Origin: an uncultured Alphaproteobacteria bacterium
Lineage (GTDB): Bacteria > Pseudomonadota > Alphaproteobacteria > HIMB59 > GCA-002718135
Assembly: GCA_902621305.1 (NCBI GenBank)
Contig: CACNLM010000003.1
Span: 46,539-110,538, forward strand
Length of the DNA: 64,000 bases
Direction of reading: 5' to 3'
The position numbers were made by a program, and so were the translations under genes. Under the pieces are notes generated by a model. It searched no databases. It was not told where the DNA came from and worked only from the letters and a program-made list of their open reading frames with translations. This document shows, in pieces, positions 10,030 through 19,598 of this stretch (the first letter of the stretch is position 1; each line of letters opens with the position of its first letter).

Positions 10030-10824
10030 ATGTTAAAAAAATTACAAAGATCTGAAGGTGTAATAGACTTAAAAATTTTAGACAATGAAGTAAAAAAATT
10101 ATTTCAAAAGGGTTCATCCAAAGTTTTAATTCCAAATAGTTATAACAAAAATAAAGAATTCGTTTTACTTAATACAAGTGGAGGCACAACATGTAATGAT
10201 ATTATTAAAACAAATATCAAAATAGAAAATTCAAAAACTAACATAACCACTCAAGCGGCAGAAAAAATATATTCTGGTGTTGGAGATCCTGCTCTCATTG
10301 AAGTAAATATTTCAATCAAAAATTCTAATATTAATTGGCTTCCAAAAGAATTAATACTTTTTAATAATTCTAAATTGAAAAGAAATATAAATATTAATTT
10401 AGATAAATGTTCTAATTTATTTCTTTGTGAAACTCTAATATTAGGAAGAAAAGCGATGTCAGAAGAAATTAATAACTTATTTTTTTTAGATCATTGGAAA
10501 GTTAATATAGATAATCAAATTAAACATTTTGAATCAATAAATATTAATCAATATACACATCAAATATTTAATAATAAATTTTCAATTAATAAAAACTCAG
10601 CTTTTTCAACAATTTTAATATTTGGATATATTGTGGATCAAATTAAAGATGATTTAGTAAAAATTATTAGAAAAATAACTAATATTTATTGTGAAATTTC
10701 TACTTGGAATAATAAAATTGTTATAAGGTGTTTAGCTAATGATAATTATGATTTAAAAAAAACACTAAATTATATTTTAGAAAATATTATTCATGATAAA
10801 GTTCCTAATAGTTGGTATTTATAA
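10030..10824 (+). CDS. ureD: Urease accessory protein UreD
   Basis: 264 aa, immediately upstream of ureA (no gap). VLLNTSGG...NITTQAAEKIY fits the UreD/UreH core pattern; the rest is highly divergent and N/K/I-rich. Confidence 0.7.
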   Translation: MLKKLQRSEGVIDLKILDNEVKKLFQKGSSKVLIPNSYNKNKEFVLLNTSGGTTCNDIIKTNIKIENSKTNITTQAAEKIYSGVGDPALIEVNISIKNSNINWLPKELILFNNSKLKRNININLDKCSNLFLCETLILGRKAMSEEINNLFFLDHWKVNIDNQIKHFESININQYTHQIFNNKFSINKNSAFSTILIFGYIVDQIKDDLVKIIRKITNIYCEISTWNNKIVIRCLANDNYDLKKTLNYILENIIHDKVPNSWYL

Positions 10825-11127
10825 ATGAAATTAACACCAAGAGAAAAAGATAAGTTAATGGTCAGCATGGCAGCCAATGTTGCCAGGAAACGTTTACAAA
10901 GAGGAGTTAAACTTAATTACCCAGAAGCTATAGCTTTGATAACAGATTTTGTCATAGAAGGTGCAAGAGATGGAAAAATGGTATCAGAATTAATGGAAAC
11001 AGGTGCTCATGTTGTAAAAAAAGAAGATTGTATGGATGGAATTCAAGATATGATTCCAGAAGTGCAGGTAGAAGCAACATTTCCTGATGGAACAAAATTA
11101 GTAACAGTACATAAGCCGATAAGATAA
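10825..11127 (+). CDS. ureA: Urease gamma subunit
   Basis: 100 aa with the canonical N-terminus [35 protein letters not shown]. Confidence 0.95.
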   Translation: MKLTPREKDKLMVSMAANVARKRLQRGVKLNYPEAIALITDFVIEGARDGKMVSELMETGAHVVKKEDCMDGIQDMIPEVQVEATFPDGTKLVTVHKPIR

Positions 11128-11435
11128 TGAAACCTGGAGAAGTAATAACAAAACAAAATAGTGATATTAATTTGAATGATTATCGTAATTCAATTACGTT
11201 AAAAGTTTCTAATAGTGGCGATCGACCAATACAAGTTGGAAGCCATTATCATTTTGCTGAAACTAATGAATATTTAAAATTTGATAGAGAAAAATCAAAT
11301 GGTATGCGTCTAGACATTCCATCAGGAACAGCTGTACGATTTGAACCTGGTCAATCAAAAGATGTAGAATTAATTCCAATAGCTGGAGATAGAAAGATAT
11401 TTGGTTTTAATAAGAAAGTAATGGGTCAATTGTAA
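11127..11435 (+). CDS. ureB: Urease beta subunit
   Basis: 102 aa. MKPGE...[13 protein letters not shown]...RFEPG is the typical UreB sequence. 1-nt overlaps on both sides. Confidence 0.95.
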   Translation: MKPGEVITKQNSDINLNDYRNSITLKVSNSGDRPIQVGSHYHFAETNEYLKFDREKSNGMRLDIPSGTAVRFEPGQSKDVELIPIAGDRKIFGFNKKVMGQL

Positions 11436-13141
11436 TGAAAAAAATAAATAGAGATTCTTATGCTGATATGTATGGTCCAACAACCGGTGATAAAATTAGA
11501 CTTGCTGACACAGAACTTTTTATTGAAGTAGAAAAAGATTTAACAACATACGGTGAAGAAGTAAAATTTGGTGGAGGAAAAGTCATTCGAGATGGAATGG
11601 GGCAGTCTCAAGTATCCCGACAAGATGGTGCGGTCGATACAGTTATAACAAACGCTTTAATTGTTGATGTAAAAGAAATTTATAAAGCTGATATTGGGCT
11701 TAAAGATGGCTTAATTAATGAGATTGGAAAAGCTGGTAATCCAGATACACAACCAAATGTAAATATTGTTATAGGACCTGGAACAGAAATTATTGCAGGT
11801 GAGGGAAAAATTATTACAGCAGGAGGCTTTGATAGTCATATTCATTTTATTTGTCCTCAACAAATTGATGATGCACTTCATTCAGGCATAACAACGATGT
11901 TGGGAGGAGGAACTGGCCCTGCTCATGGTACTTTGGCAACTACAGTTACACCTGGACCATGGCATATAGAGAGAATGATACAATCTGCTGATGCTTTTTC
12001 AATGAATTTAGCTTTTGCAGGTAAAGGAAATAGTTCATTACCCAAGGCTCTCGAAGAACAAGTAATTGCTGGAGCAAGTTCATTAAAATTACATGAAGAT
12101 TGGGGTACAACTCCAGCAGCTATCGATAATTGTTTAAATGTTGCTGATGAACATGACATTCAAGTTATGATTCACACTGATACTTTGAATGAAAGTGGAT
12201 TTGTAGAGAGTACGATTAAAGCAATTAATGGAAGAACCATTCATGCATTTCATACGGAGGGAGCAGGGGGAGGTCATGCACCTGATATTATAAAAGTTTG
12301 TGGTGAAGAATATGTTATTCCATCATCAACAAACCCAACAAGACCTTATACAGTTAATACAGTCGAAGAACACTTAGATATGTTAATGGTTTGTCATCAC
12401 CTTGATAAGTCAATACCAGAAGATGTTGCATTTGCTGAAAGTCGAATTCGAAAAGAAACCATTGCTGCTGAAGATATACTGCATGATATGGGTGCATTTT
12501 CAATTATTGCATCTGATAGTCAAGCAATGGGTCGTGTTGGTGAAGTTATTATAAGAACATGGCAAACAGCACATAAAATGAAAGTACAACGTGGGCAATT
12601 AAAGGAAGAGCAGGGTGATAATGATAATTTACGTGTTAAACGTTATATAGCTAAATATACAATTAATCCTGCCATTGCTCATGGTATTTCCGATCATATT
12701 GGCAGTATTGAAAAGAATAAACGTGCCGATATAGTCATTTGGGATACTGCTTTTTTTGGTGTTAAACCTGAAATGGTTTTGCAAGGTGGAAGTATTTCTT
12801 GTTCGCAAATGGGTGATCCTAATGCTTCTATTCCAACACCACAACCAGTGTATTCACGACCAATGTTTTCTTCTTTTGGAAAATCATTAGAAAAATCTAC
12901 AGCAACTTTTGTTAGTAAAGTTTCTTTAGATAAAAATTCATTCAAAAATTCTGGAATTAGCAAATCTTTATTGCCAGTTAAAAATATTAGAAAAATTTCT
13001 AAAAAAGATATGGTATTAAATGATTATTGTCCAAATATAGAAGTTAATCCAGAAACTTATGAAGTTAAGGCAGATGGAGAATTAATTACCTGTGAGCCTG
13101 CTAAAATACTACCTTTAGCTCAACGTTATTTTATGTATTAA
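11435..13141 (+). CDS. ureC: Urease alpha subunit
   Basis: 568 aa. Ni-site and flap motifs are present: [18 protein letters not shown] (carbamylated Lys region), [29 protein letters not shown]. Confidence 0.97.
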   Translation: MKKINRDSYADMYGPTTGDKIRLADTELFIEVEKDLTTYGEEVKFGGGKVIRDGMGQSQVSRQDGAVDTVITNALIVDVKEIYKADIGLKDGLINEIGKAGNPDTQPNVNIVIGPGTEIIAGEGKIITAGGFDSHIHFICPQQIDDALHSGITTMLGGGTGPAHGTLATTVTPGPWHIERMIQSADAFSMNLAFAGKGNSSLPKALEEQVIAGASSLKLHEDWGTTPAAIDNCLNVADEHDIQVMIHTDTLNESGFVESTIKAINGRTIHAFHTEGAGGGHAPDIIKVCGEEYVIPSSTNPTRPYTVNTVEEHLDMLMVCHHLDKSIPEDVAFAESRIRKETIAAEDILHDMGAFSIIASDSQAMGRVGEVIIRTWQTAHKMKVQRGQLKEEQGDNDNLRVKRYIAKYTINPAIAHGISDHIGSIEKNKRADIVIWDTAFFGVKPEMVLQGGSISCSQMGDPNASIPTPQPVYSRPMFSSFGKSLEKSTATFVSKVSLDKNSFKNSGISKSLLPVKNIRKISKKDMVLNDYCPNIEVNPETYEVKADGELITCEPAKILPLAQRYFMY

Positions 13142-13146
13142 ATTTT

Positions 13147-13593
13147 ATGCAAACAGCTTTTAAAATAACAGATCACAAAGATGCTAGTAAAAATATACAA
13201 GATGAAATTACTTTATCTTATGAAGAACGATTTATACGACGAAAAAAATTAATAACAGATAATGGAACGGAATTTTTAGTTAATCTAGAAGAAACAGTCA
13301 GTATGGATGAAGATCATTATTTCGAATTAGAAAATGGAAATTTAATTCAAGTAGTTTCAAAAGAGGAAAATTTGATTGAAATTACAGGTAATAATTTAAA
13401 ACATATTATTTGGCATATTGGCAACAGGCATTTACCTTGTCAAATAGAAGAGAAAAGAATTCTTATTCAAGATGATGCTGTAATTTTAGATATGATTTTA
13501 AAATTACACGGGAATGTAAAAAAAGTTTTTGAAAAATTTAAACCTGAAGGTGGAGCTTACGGTATGGGACGTACTCATAGTCATAAACACTAA
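13147..13593 (+). CDS. ureE: Urease accessory protein UreE
   Basis: 148 aa in the position after ureC, with a short His-rich C-terminal tail (RTHSHKH). Confidence 0.85.
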   Translation: MQTAFKITDHKDASKNIQDEITLSYEERFIRRKKLITDNGTEFLVNLEETVSMDEDHYFELENGNLIQVVSKEENLIEITGNNLKHIIWHIGNRHLPCQIEEKRILIQDDAVILDMILKLHGNVKKVFEKFKPEGGAYGMGRTHSHKH

Positions 13594-13594
13594 A

Positions 13595-14230
13595 ATGAAA
13601 AAAATAAAAGATCCTCTTCAAATATTACAAATTTGGTTTTCTTCGTCTTTTCCTGTAGGTTCATATGCATACTCACATGGTTTAGAGGCATTAATAGATG
13701 GTAATAAAATTAAAAATAAAGATGATGTTAGAGAATATTTAGAAGCATTATTATTTTATGGCAGTCTTCGAAATGATTATATTTTTTTAAAGTCTGTGTA
13801 TGTGGGTGAAGAAATTAATGACTTAATTCTAGCAAGTGCTTCTTCAAAAGAAAGACACATAGAAATGATTGATATGGGTAATTCATTTCGAAAGATAATG
13901 AAAGATAGTTGGGAGCTAGTATTAGAAGAAAATACATCTTTTGTTTATTGTATTAGCAAAGCAGCTCTTCATTTTAATATAAAATTTGATGACTTAATTA
14001 AATTTTATCTCCAGTCATATATTTCAAACTTAATTAATGTTTGTGTAAAGCATATTCCTATGTCACAAAAAGATGGACAAATATTAAATGTTAATTTTAT
14101 TGATCAAATACAAAAATTTTTAGATCAATCATACCAATTAACTCTTAAAGATATTGGAACGAGTTTTTTTATTGGTGATATTTTTGCAATTAAACATGAA
14201 AATTTATTTTCAAGGATTTATTTAACATGA
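13595..14230 (+). CDS. ureF: Urease accessory protein UreF
   Basis: The ORF track starts at 13529 inside ureE. I prefer the in-frame ATG at 13595, 1 nt after the ureE stop ([31 protein letters not shown], a UreF-like N-terminal block). Confidence 0.8.
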   Translation: MKKIKDPLQILQIWFSSSFPVGSYAYSHGLEALIDGNKIKNKDDVREYLEALLFYGSLRNDYIFLKSVYVGEEINDLILASASSKERHIEMIDMGNSFRKIMKDSWELVLEENTSFVYCISKAALHFNIKFDDLIKFYLQSYISNLINVCVKHIPMSQKDGQILNVNFIDQIQKFLDQSYQLTLKDIGTSFFIGDIFAIKHENLFSRIYLT

Positions 14231-14838
14231 ATAATATAAATGGTCCGTTAAAAGTTGGTATAGGTGGAGGAATAGGAACAGGAAAAACTAGCTTAACAGA
14301 AGCTTTATGCCGTCATTTATCAAACAGAATTTCAATGGCAGTAATATCAAATGATATTTATACAACTGAAGATGCAGAATATTTAATGAGAGCTCAAGTT
14401 CTTCCTATGGAAAGAATTAAAGGCGTTGAAACAGGTGGGTGTCCCCATACGGCTATCCGAGAAGATTGTTCAATTAATTTACTAGCCGTTGATGAAATGA
14501 AAAATAAATTTCCTGATTTAGAATTAATACTTATTGAATCAGGCGGCGATAATTTGGCAGCTACTTTTAGTCCAGAGTTAGTCGATTTAACAATTTATAT
14601 GATTGATGTTGCCCAAGGAGCTGACATTCCAAGAAAAAAAGCTCCTGCTATAAAAAAATCAGATTTGTTGGTAGTTAATAAAGTTGATTTAGCACCTCAT
14701 GTCGATGTTAATATTGATCAAATGGAAGAGGATGTAAAGGAAGCCAGAAATGGGTTACCTTATGTTTTCGGTGAAATGAAAAATAATAACGGAATAGAAA
14801 AAATTTCTGACTTCTTAATTTCTCAAGGTGGGATTTAA
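14227..14838 (+). CDS. ureG: Urease accessory GTPase UreG
   Basis: 203 aa. P-loop GGGIGTGKT, metal-binding [23 protein letters not shown]. Confidence 0.95.
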   Translation: MNNINGPLKVGIGGGIGTGKTSLTEALCRHLSNRISMAVISNDIYTTEDAEYLMRAQVLPMERIKGVETGGCPHTAIREDCSINLLAVDEMKNKFPDLELILIESGGDNLAATFSPELVDLTIYMIDVAQGADIPRKKAPAIKKSDLLVVNKVDLAPHVDVNIDQMEEDVKEARNGLPYVFGEMKNNNGIEKISDFLISQGGI

Positions 14839-15095
14839 TATTCTTGCTTCTCTAAAGTGTACACAGTGTCTGTACTATTAAATTTTGCATCAAATTCTTT
14901 TGATTTAGAATCTTCAAATAAAGCATAAAATTTATCTTGGTCAGTAACATTTGCCATACTAATAACATGACCATCTTTTACAAAAGCCATATCAAAGCCA
15001 TCTGTGTATTTAGCTATATCTTCTTTAAAGTAATTATATAATTCCATATAATCATCTTTTGTAAATGTTCCTTTTGTAACTACACATAAGTTCAT
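14835..15095 (-). CDS. Small conserved-type hypothetical protein (~86 aa)
   Basis: The ORF is listed to 15107, but GGAG sits 6 nt upstream of the second ATG (15095), so the start is probably MNLCVV. The stop overlaps the ureG stop (convergent, 4 nt). Architecture resembles the ~90-aa proteins at 21311 and 39885. Confidence 0.55.
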   Translation of the reverse strand: MNLCVVTKGTFTKDDYMELYNYFKEDIAKYTDGFDMAFVKDGHVISMANVTDQDKFYALFEDSKSKEFDAKFNSTDTVYTLEKQEY

Positions 15096-15113
15096 ATTTT
15101 TCTCCATTTATTC

Positions 15114-15150
15114 AAAAAAAAATCCTCGCCATTTCTCTTAATGGGAGGAT
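15114..15150 (-). terminator. Strong intrinsic-terminator-like hairpin in the 5' leader of the 14835..15095 gene
   Basis: Minus strand reads ATCCTC-CCAT-taagagaa-ATGG-c-GAGGAT followed by a run of 9 T. It ends ~19 nt before the start codon. Confidence 0.5.
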
Positions 15151-15333
15151 AATTTTATACGTATCTCTTTTTAGCTGCTTGTGAACCGCAATAGAGTCAA
15201 ATCGTTCTAGTAAATACATAATACAAATTTGTTACAATTCAATTAAATCTAATAATGTTATTAAAATTAAATAGCTCTTTTCGATAAAAGTTAATTTATT
15301 TGAACTTCTCATTACAAAACCTATATCTCAATT

Positions 15334-15618
15334 ATGAAAATTTTAGAAAATATATCTAATTTATTTAGCCAAAATAAAAATAATTCAGTCAAAGAAGATA
15401 CTATTCCAGAAAATCTTCGTAGCAAAGAATTAGAATGGAAATTAGCTTTACTTGTTAGAAACATTGATAATGTAGAAGATATTGATCTAAAATTTGTTAG
15501 TGTTTCCAAAAAAGACATAGGTACCAAAAAAGATTTATTTACATCCTATAGATTGGATTTCAATGGAAGAGAAAAATTAAATCTATTTAAAAAGAAATAC
15601 AAAAATATACTTTTATAA
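15334..15618 (+). CDS. Hypothetical protein (94 aa)
   Basis: Only the ORF and a plausible charged composition support it. It competes with antisense ORF 15321..15527. Confidence 0.4.
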   Translation: MKILENISNLFSQNKNNSVKEDTIPENLRSKELEWKLALLVRNIDNVEDIDLKFVSVSKKDIGTKKDLFTSYRLDFNGREKLNLFKKKYKNILL

Positions 15619-15619
15619 A

Positions 15620-16024
15620 TTACTCATATTTATCAGAATACAAATAAGGTATCCCAATAACCAAAATAATATAGAAAACCATAAAGCCAGCAATAAGAGG
15701 TATAACTTCTGCAGCTGGTACTGTACTAAACGGCCCTAAAACAAACCCATAAATAACAAAAAGAATATTTAAACCTACTAAATAATAACCACCACTTTTT
15801 TTCATGCTATACAACATATAAATTGTGTAAGCGATTGCTAATTGAAAAACTATACTTACAATAAAATCTAAAGTGGAAATCTGAACATTAAAATCTCCTA
15901 CAGGTGGTTGAACACCTTGACCGGAAAAATATCCATACGTAATTCGATAAGATGTATCAATAAAATCAAGAGAGATGAGGATTAACATAACCCAATGGAG
16001 AGGTTTAAATAATCTTTCTTTCAT
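15620..16024 (-). CDS. Small integral membrane protein (4 TM)
   Basis: 134 aa with four hydrophobic segments and no recognised motif. Confidence 0.55.
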   Translation of the reverse strand: MKERLFKPLHWVMLILISLDFIDTSYRITYGYFSGQGVQPPVGDFNVQISTLDFIVSIVFQLAIAYTIYMLYSMKKSGGYYLVGLNILFVIYGFVLGPFSTVPAAEVIPLIAGFMVFYIILVIGIPYLYSDKYE

Positions 16025-16040
16025 AATAATATTTTAATTA

Positions 16041-16490
16041 TTAATCTTTTTTCATAGATTCTTGTAATGAAATATTATTGTCTTCAGAAGGTTTTGTATC
16101 TTTTTTAATTGATTGAATTTTATCAGAAAGTTTAATATCACCACTTATTTGACCGCCAAGTTTTATTTGTAAATTTTGATATTCAATTTTACCTGAAACT
16201 TTACCTTGTTCTTGAATAGTAAGAGTACCAGATGCTTTAATATCACCATCAAAAGCACCCCAAATATCAGCATTATGAGTTTCAATAGAGCCTTTACAGT
16301 CACCAGTAGCACCTACTACTAGATTATCTGTTTTCATTGTTACATCGGCATCACCATCAATTTGTACTTCATCAGCTTTTTTAATTTCACCATTAATAAC
16401 TACACCTTGACCAATGACAACTTTTGCAGATCCCTTTGCAGGTCTAAATACATCAGGTGATGAATTTGTATTATCGTCTTTTTTTATCAA
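16041..16490 (-). CDS. Bactofilin-like cytoskeletal protein
   Basis: 149 aa. The central repetitive beta-helix-type segment VVIGQGVVINGEIK...VQIDGDADV...LVVGATGDCKGSIE...IKASGTLTIQEQGKVSGKIEYQNLQIKLGGQISGDI is typical of the bactofilin (DUF583) domain. TTG start 7 nt after AGGGAGG. Confidence 0.75.
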   Translation of the reverse strand: MIKKDDNTNSSPDVFRPAKGSAKVVIGQGVVINGEIKKADEVQIDGDADVTMKTDNLVVGATGDCKGSIETHNADIWGAFDGDIKASGTLTIQEQGKVSGKIEYQNLQIKLGGQISGDIKLSDKIQSIKKDTKPSEDNNISLQESMKKD

Positions 16491-16628
16491 ACATTTTTCC
16501 TCCCTATGTTTTTTAACGCAGGTATTCTTCGACTGCAGGAGTTTTGTTAGAGCAGGTTACTACAACTGCTATTAAAATATTTTAACATAAAAAACTAAAA
16601 AATTAAATATTAATGTTATTTTTCAATA

Positions 16629-17312
16629 CTATTTTTGATGATTTACAACATCTACAAGTATAGCAATTACCAAATTCAATATTGTAATTGAACAAATTGA
16701 AATGAAACTAAAGAAATAAATCCAAGCCCACCAATAAACAGCTTGCATAGGTAGCATAACATTTTCCCAGCTAGATAAAGTTAAAACTTGAAATAGGGTG
16801 ATTAGAGAAATTCCTAAATCAGCCCATCTTTCTGGATCATCTTCTCCAAATAAAATAGAGCCCATTGTTGCGTAAATATAGAGTATAATAAATAAAAGTA
16901 GACTGACAAAAAATACCCTCTTAATGGAAGCAAGAATAGCTTCTATAATTTTTTTTAATTCCGGAATAACTGATATTAGACGTAATACTCTAAATATACG
17001 AAGAAGACGTAAAACTAGAAAACTAGAATTATTTGGAATTGGAATTAGAGATATTGCAACAATTATAGTATCAAATACATTCCAACCATCTTTTAAAAAA
17101 TTTTTCTTTTCTTTTTCTCCAATAAAACGAATTAAAATTTCAACAACAAAGAAAACTGTGATTGCATAATCAAGTAAATGAATAGTATTTAAAAATATGG
17201 GATCTAATTGATATGTTGTTGCGCCAATAAGAATGGCATTTAATATAATTATAACAACAACAGAAAATTGAAAAATACGATTATCTTTTAACTTAGAAAA
17301 AAAATCTATCAT
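16629..17312 (-). CDS. Single-domain voltage-gated cation channel (BacNaV/NaChBac-like, 6 TM)
   Basis: 227 aa. S4 has Arg at every third position (LRLLRIFRVLRL). Pore helix/filter is LFQVLTLSSWENVM, followed by S6. Confidence 0.8.
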   Translation of the reverse strand: MIDFFSKLKDNRIFQFSVVVIIILNAILIGATTYQLDPIFLNTIHLLDYAITVFFVVEILIRFIGEKEKKNFLKDGWNVFDTIIVAISLIPIPNNSSFLVLRLLRIFRVLRLISVIPELKKIIEAILASIKRVFFVSLLLFIILYIYATMGSILFGEDDPERWADLGISLITLFQVLTLSSWENVMLPMQAVYWWAWIYFFSFISICSITILNLVIAILVDVVNHQK

Positions 17313-17318
17313 ATTTAA

Positions 17319-18341
17319 TTAAATTGTTTTTAAATTATCTATTTTTCTATCCATCACAAAAAACCACAAAGGGGGGAGTAAGGCCATAATTAACATGATG
17401 GAATAATTAGCAGGCATTTCAATTGCTTTTTCTTCTTGAGATAAAAGGGGATAGGGTTTTGATGCACTTTGGTGATGCTCTGCATGAAGACCTAAATTAA
17501 ACGTCGACCAATTAGCAGAGATATGACGGCTATTCCAAGAATGTAAATCTGTAAATCTTTCATATCTTCCATTTTTTTTTCTTCTTTCTAGTCCGTAGTG
17601 CTGTATGTAATTTACTAACTCCAGTAGGATGATTGAAACAAATGAATGAAAGAAAACAAAAAACAAACCATTCATACCGGCAATTAAAAATGCGATTAAT
17701 AAAAATAAAAATTCTAAAACAAAATAATGAATCATTCTGTTTTTGAAACTAAAAGTATTTAAATTTTTTCTATCAAGAATATTTTTCTCAATGTTCCAAG
17801 AGGAAATCACACTATTGATTACACAACGAATAAAATAAAAATAAAAATTTTCACCTCTTCTAGCTGTAGCAGGATCTTCTTTTGTAGCTACATTTAAATG
17901 GTGACCATAAATATGCTCGATACGAAAATGACCATAACAACATAAAACTAATAAAAATACTCCAATGCCTCGCATAAATTTATTTTTTCGATGAATAAGT
18001 TCATGTGCAGTTGTAATACCAATAGAGCCTCCTGACATACCTACAGCTGCGCCTAAAGCAGCCGCAGTTAATAAAGTGATTTTTGAATCAGAAACAACAA
18101 TTAAACCAAATATAATTAAAAATAAAATACAGGGTAGTACGATTAAAATAGAAAAATTATGAAACACACTTTCTTTAAGCTCAACATCATCTTTACCTAA
18201 GTAAGGTAATACAAGGTCAATAATTGGAACTAATACGAAAACCCAAATAAATGGTGAAATTGACCAAGAGGGATTAATGATTAATCCTAAAGAACTAGCA
18301 AAAATCAAAATTAGCGGTGTTACAAGATAAAAAATCATCAA
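17319..18341 (-). CDS. AlkB-like membrane di-iron hydroxylase (fatty-acid desaturase superfamily)
   Basis: 340 aa. His boxes HELIHR, EHIYGHH, NYIQHYG and LHAEHH parallel the AlkB HELGHK / EHNRGHH / NYIEHYG / LQRHSDHH boxes. Confidence 0.75.
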   Translation of the reverse strand: MMIFYLVTPLILIFASSLGLIINPSWSISPFIWVFVLVPIIDLVLPYLGKDDVELKESVFHNFSILIVLPCILFLIIFGLIVVSDSKITLLTAAALGAAVGMSGGSIGITTAHELIHRKNKFMRGIGVFLLVLCCYGHFRIEHIYGHHLNVATKEDPATARRGENFYFYFIRCVINSVISSWNIEKNILDRKNLNTFSFKNRMIHYFVLEFLFLLIAFLIAGMNGLFFVFFHSFVSIILLELVNYIQHYGLERRKKNGRYERFTDLHSWNSRHISANWSTFNLGLHAEHHQSASKPYPLLSQEEKAIEMPANYSIMLIMALLPPLWFFVMDRKIDNLKTI

Positions 18342-18395
18342 AATAATTATATATTATTTTTTTTTCTAAACTAATACCTAAATTACAGTAAGAAA

Positions 18396-19337
18396 ATGTA
18401 TATGAATAATAACATTAAAGGTCTTATTTTAATTATTGTGGGGATGTTATTCATAATTACCCAGGATGTTTTAATTAAATACACCATTCATGATGCTTCA
18501 TTAATGCAAATACTCGTTTTTAGAGGAGGGGTTGGATTTTCTTTGTTATGTCTGTTTTTAATTTACAAAAAAAAACCAATATTCTTCGGAACAGTACACC
18601 CTTATATAGCAATTTTTAGAGGTTCAACATTCTTCTTCGGCTTTACCTTATTTTTTATCTCATTGAGCCAAATCACTTTAGCAGAAGCAACAAGTTTATT
18701 TTTTGTGAGTCCATTTTTCATTACTATTTATTCTTACTTCATTCTGAAAATAAAGATTGGTTTAAATAGAATATTTTCAATCTTCGTTGGTTTTAGTGGT
18801 ACACTTTTAATCATTAAGCCAGAATTTAATGACATAAATGTTTATATGTTATTTCCAATCATTGCTGCTGCCACCTATGCATTAAGTATGACATTAGCAA
18901 AAAAAACTGCAAAAAATGATAATTTATTCCAACAAACTTTTCATATTTATATAGGTGCATTTATCGGAGGAAGCGCAATAAGTATTTTTCTGCATAATAC
19001 AGATTTAAATTTATCAATTTTTTCTATTCTCAGTAATCCCTGGATACTAAATGATTTTCAAGTAATTGGATTAATTCTTTTAATCTCTTTTACTGGAAGT
19101 CTTGGAATATTCTGTTTAATTGCTGCATATAGAGTAGGCTCACCTTTAGTTAACAGTATAACTGAGTATGTCCATTTAATTTTTGCGATTATAATAGGAA
19201 TTATTATTTTTTCTGAAGTGCCAGATATAAATTCATTTATTGGTATTTTTCTTATTATGGTAAGCGGTATCTTTGTTGTATTCAGAGAAAATAAGCGTGA
19301 GGAATTAGTTGTATCCAAAACTACTCTTAGAACATAA
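18396..19337 (+). CDS. DMT-superfamily (EamA-like) transporter
   Basis: 313 aa with ~10 TM segments in two EamA-like halves. The start may be the third codon (Met at 18402). Confidence 0.75.
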   Translation: MYMNNNIKGLILIIVGMLFIITQDVLIKYTIHDASLMQILVFRGGVGFSLLCLFLIYKKKPIFFGTVHPYIAIFRGSTFFFGFTLFFISLSQITLAEATSLFFVSPFFITIYSYFILKIKIGLNRIFSIFVGFSGTLLIIKPEFNDINVYMLFPIIAAATYALSMTLAKKTAKNDNLFQQTFHIYIGAFIGGSAISIFLHNTDLNLSIFSILSNPWILNDFQVIGLILLISFTGSLGIFCLIAAYRVGSPLVNSITEYVHLIFAIIIGIIIFSEVPDINSFIGIFLIMVSGIFVVFRENKREELVVSKTTLRT

Positions 19338-19352
19338 TTAATTTATAAAAAT

Positions 19353-19547
19353 TTATTTTTCTATAAATTTTTTTACAGTATCATAAAACGAAGGTGTTAC
19401 TGTAAAGTAATAGCCATTTTCTTCATGGACACTATTATTACCAATACTATTATCTGAGTGAAAATCTATAAGGTGCTGATAAAAGCGATTGGGGTCATTT
19501 ACATGGTACTCTCTTCCATCATCTGCTTTAACTATTAAAGTTTTCAT
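19353..19547 (-). CDS. Small hypothetical protein (64 aa)
   Basis: ORF only. It fills the gap between flanking genes. Confidence 0.4.
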   Translation of the reverse strand: MKTLIVKADDGREYHVNDPNRFYQHLIDFHSDNSIGNNSVHEENGYYFTVTPSFYDTVKKFIEK

Positions 19548-19598
19548 CTTGATATTAAATATAGAAACACTTAAAAATTAAAATAAAAAAATTTATAT

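Noticed and set aside
13529-13594. Upstream extension of ureF overlapping ureE by 65 nt.
   Set aside because: The in-frame ATG at 13595 lies 1 nt after the ureE stop, matching the tight coupling of the rest of the operon. The extension adds an unconserved-looking peptide.
14835-14838. 4-nt overlap of the convergent stop codons of ureG and the small downstream gene (TTTAA).
   Set aside because: This is a consequence of genome compaction. No structure or signal is associated with it.
15151-15333. Assignment of the leader upstream of the terminator-like hairpin to a specific riboswitch class (glycine, SAM-type, guanidine).
   Set aside because: I could not identify the conserved core nucleotides of any class by eye. 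It is reported only as an unclassified candidate attenuator.
15321-15527. Minus-strand 68-aa ORF competing with plus-strand 15334..15618.
   Set aside because: Its translation is Ser/Leu/Phe-rich shadow-like sequence. The plus-strand ORF is longer and has a more protein-like charged composition. Neither is strongly supported.
16491-16628. Relatively GC-rich leader upstream of the bactofilin gene, considered as a possible structured RNA.
   Set aside because: Only short (4-5 bp) complementary segments were found by hand. The evidence is insufficient.
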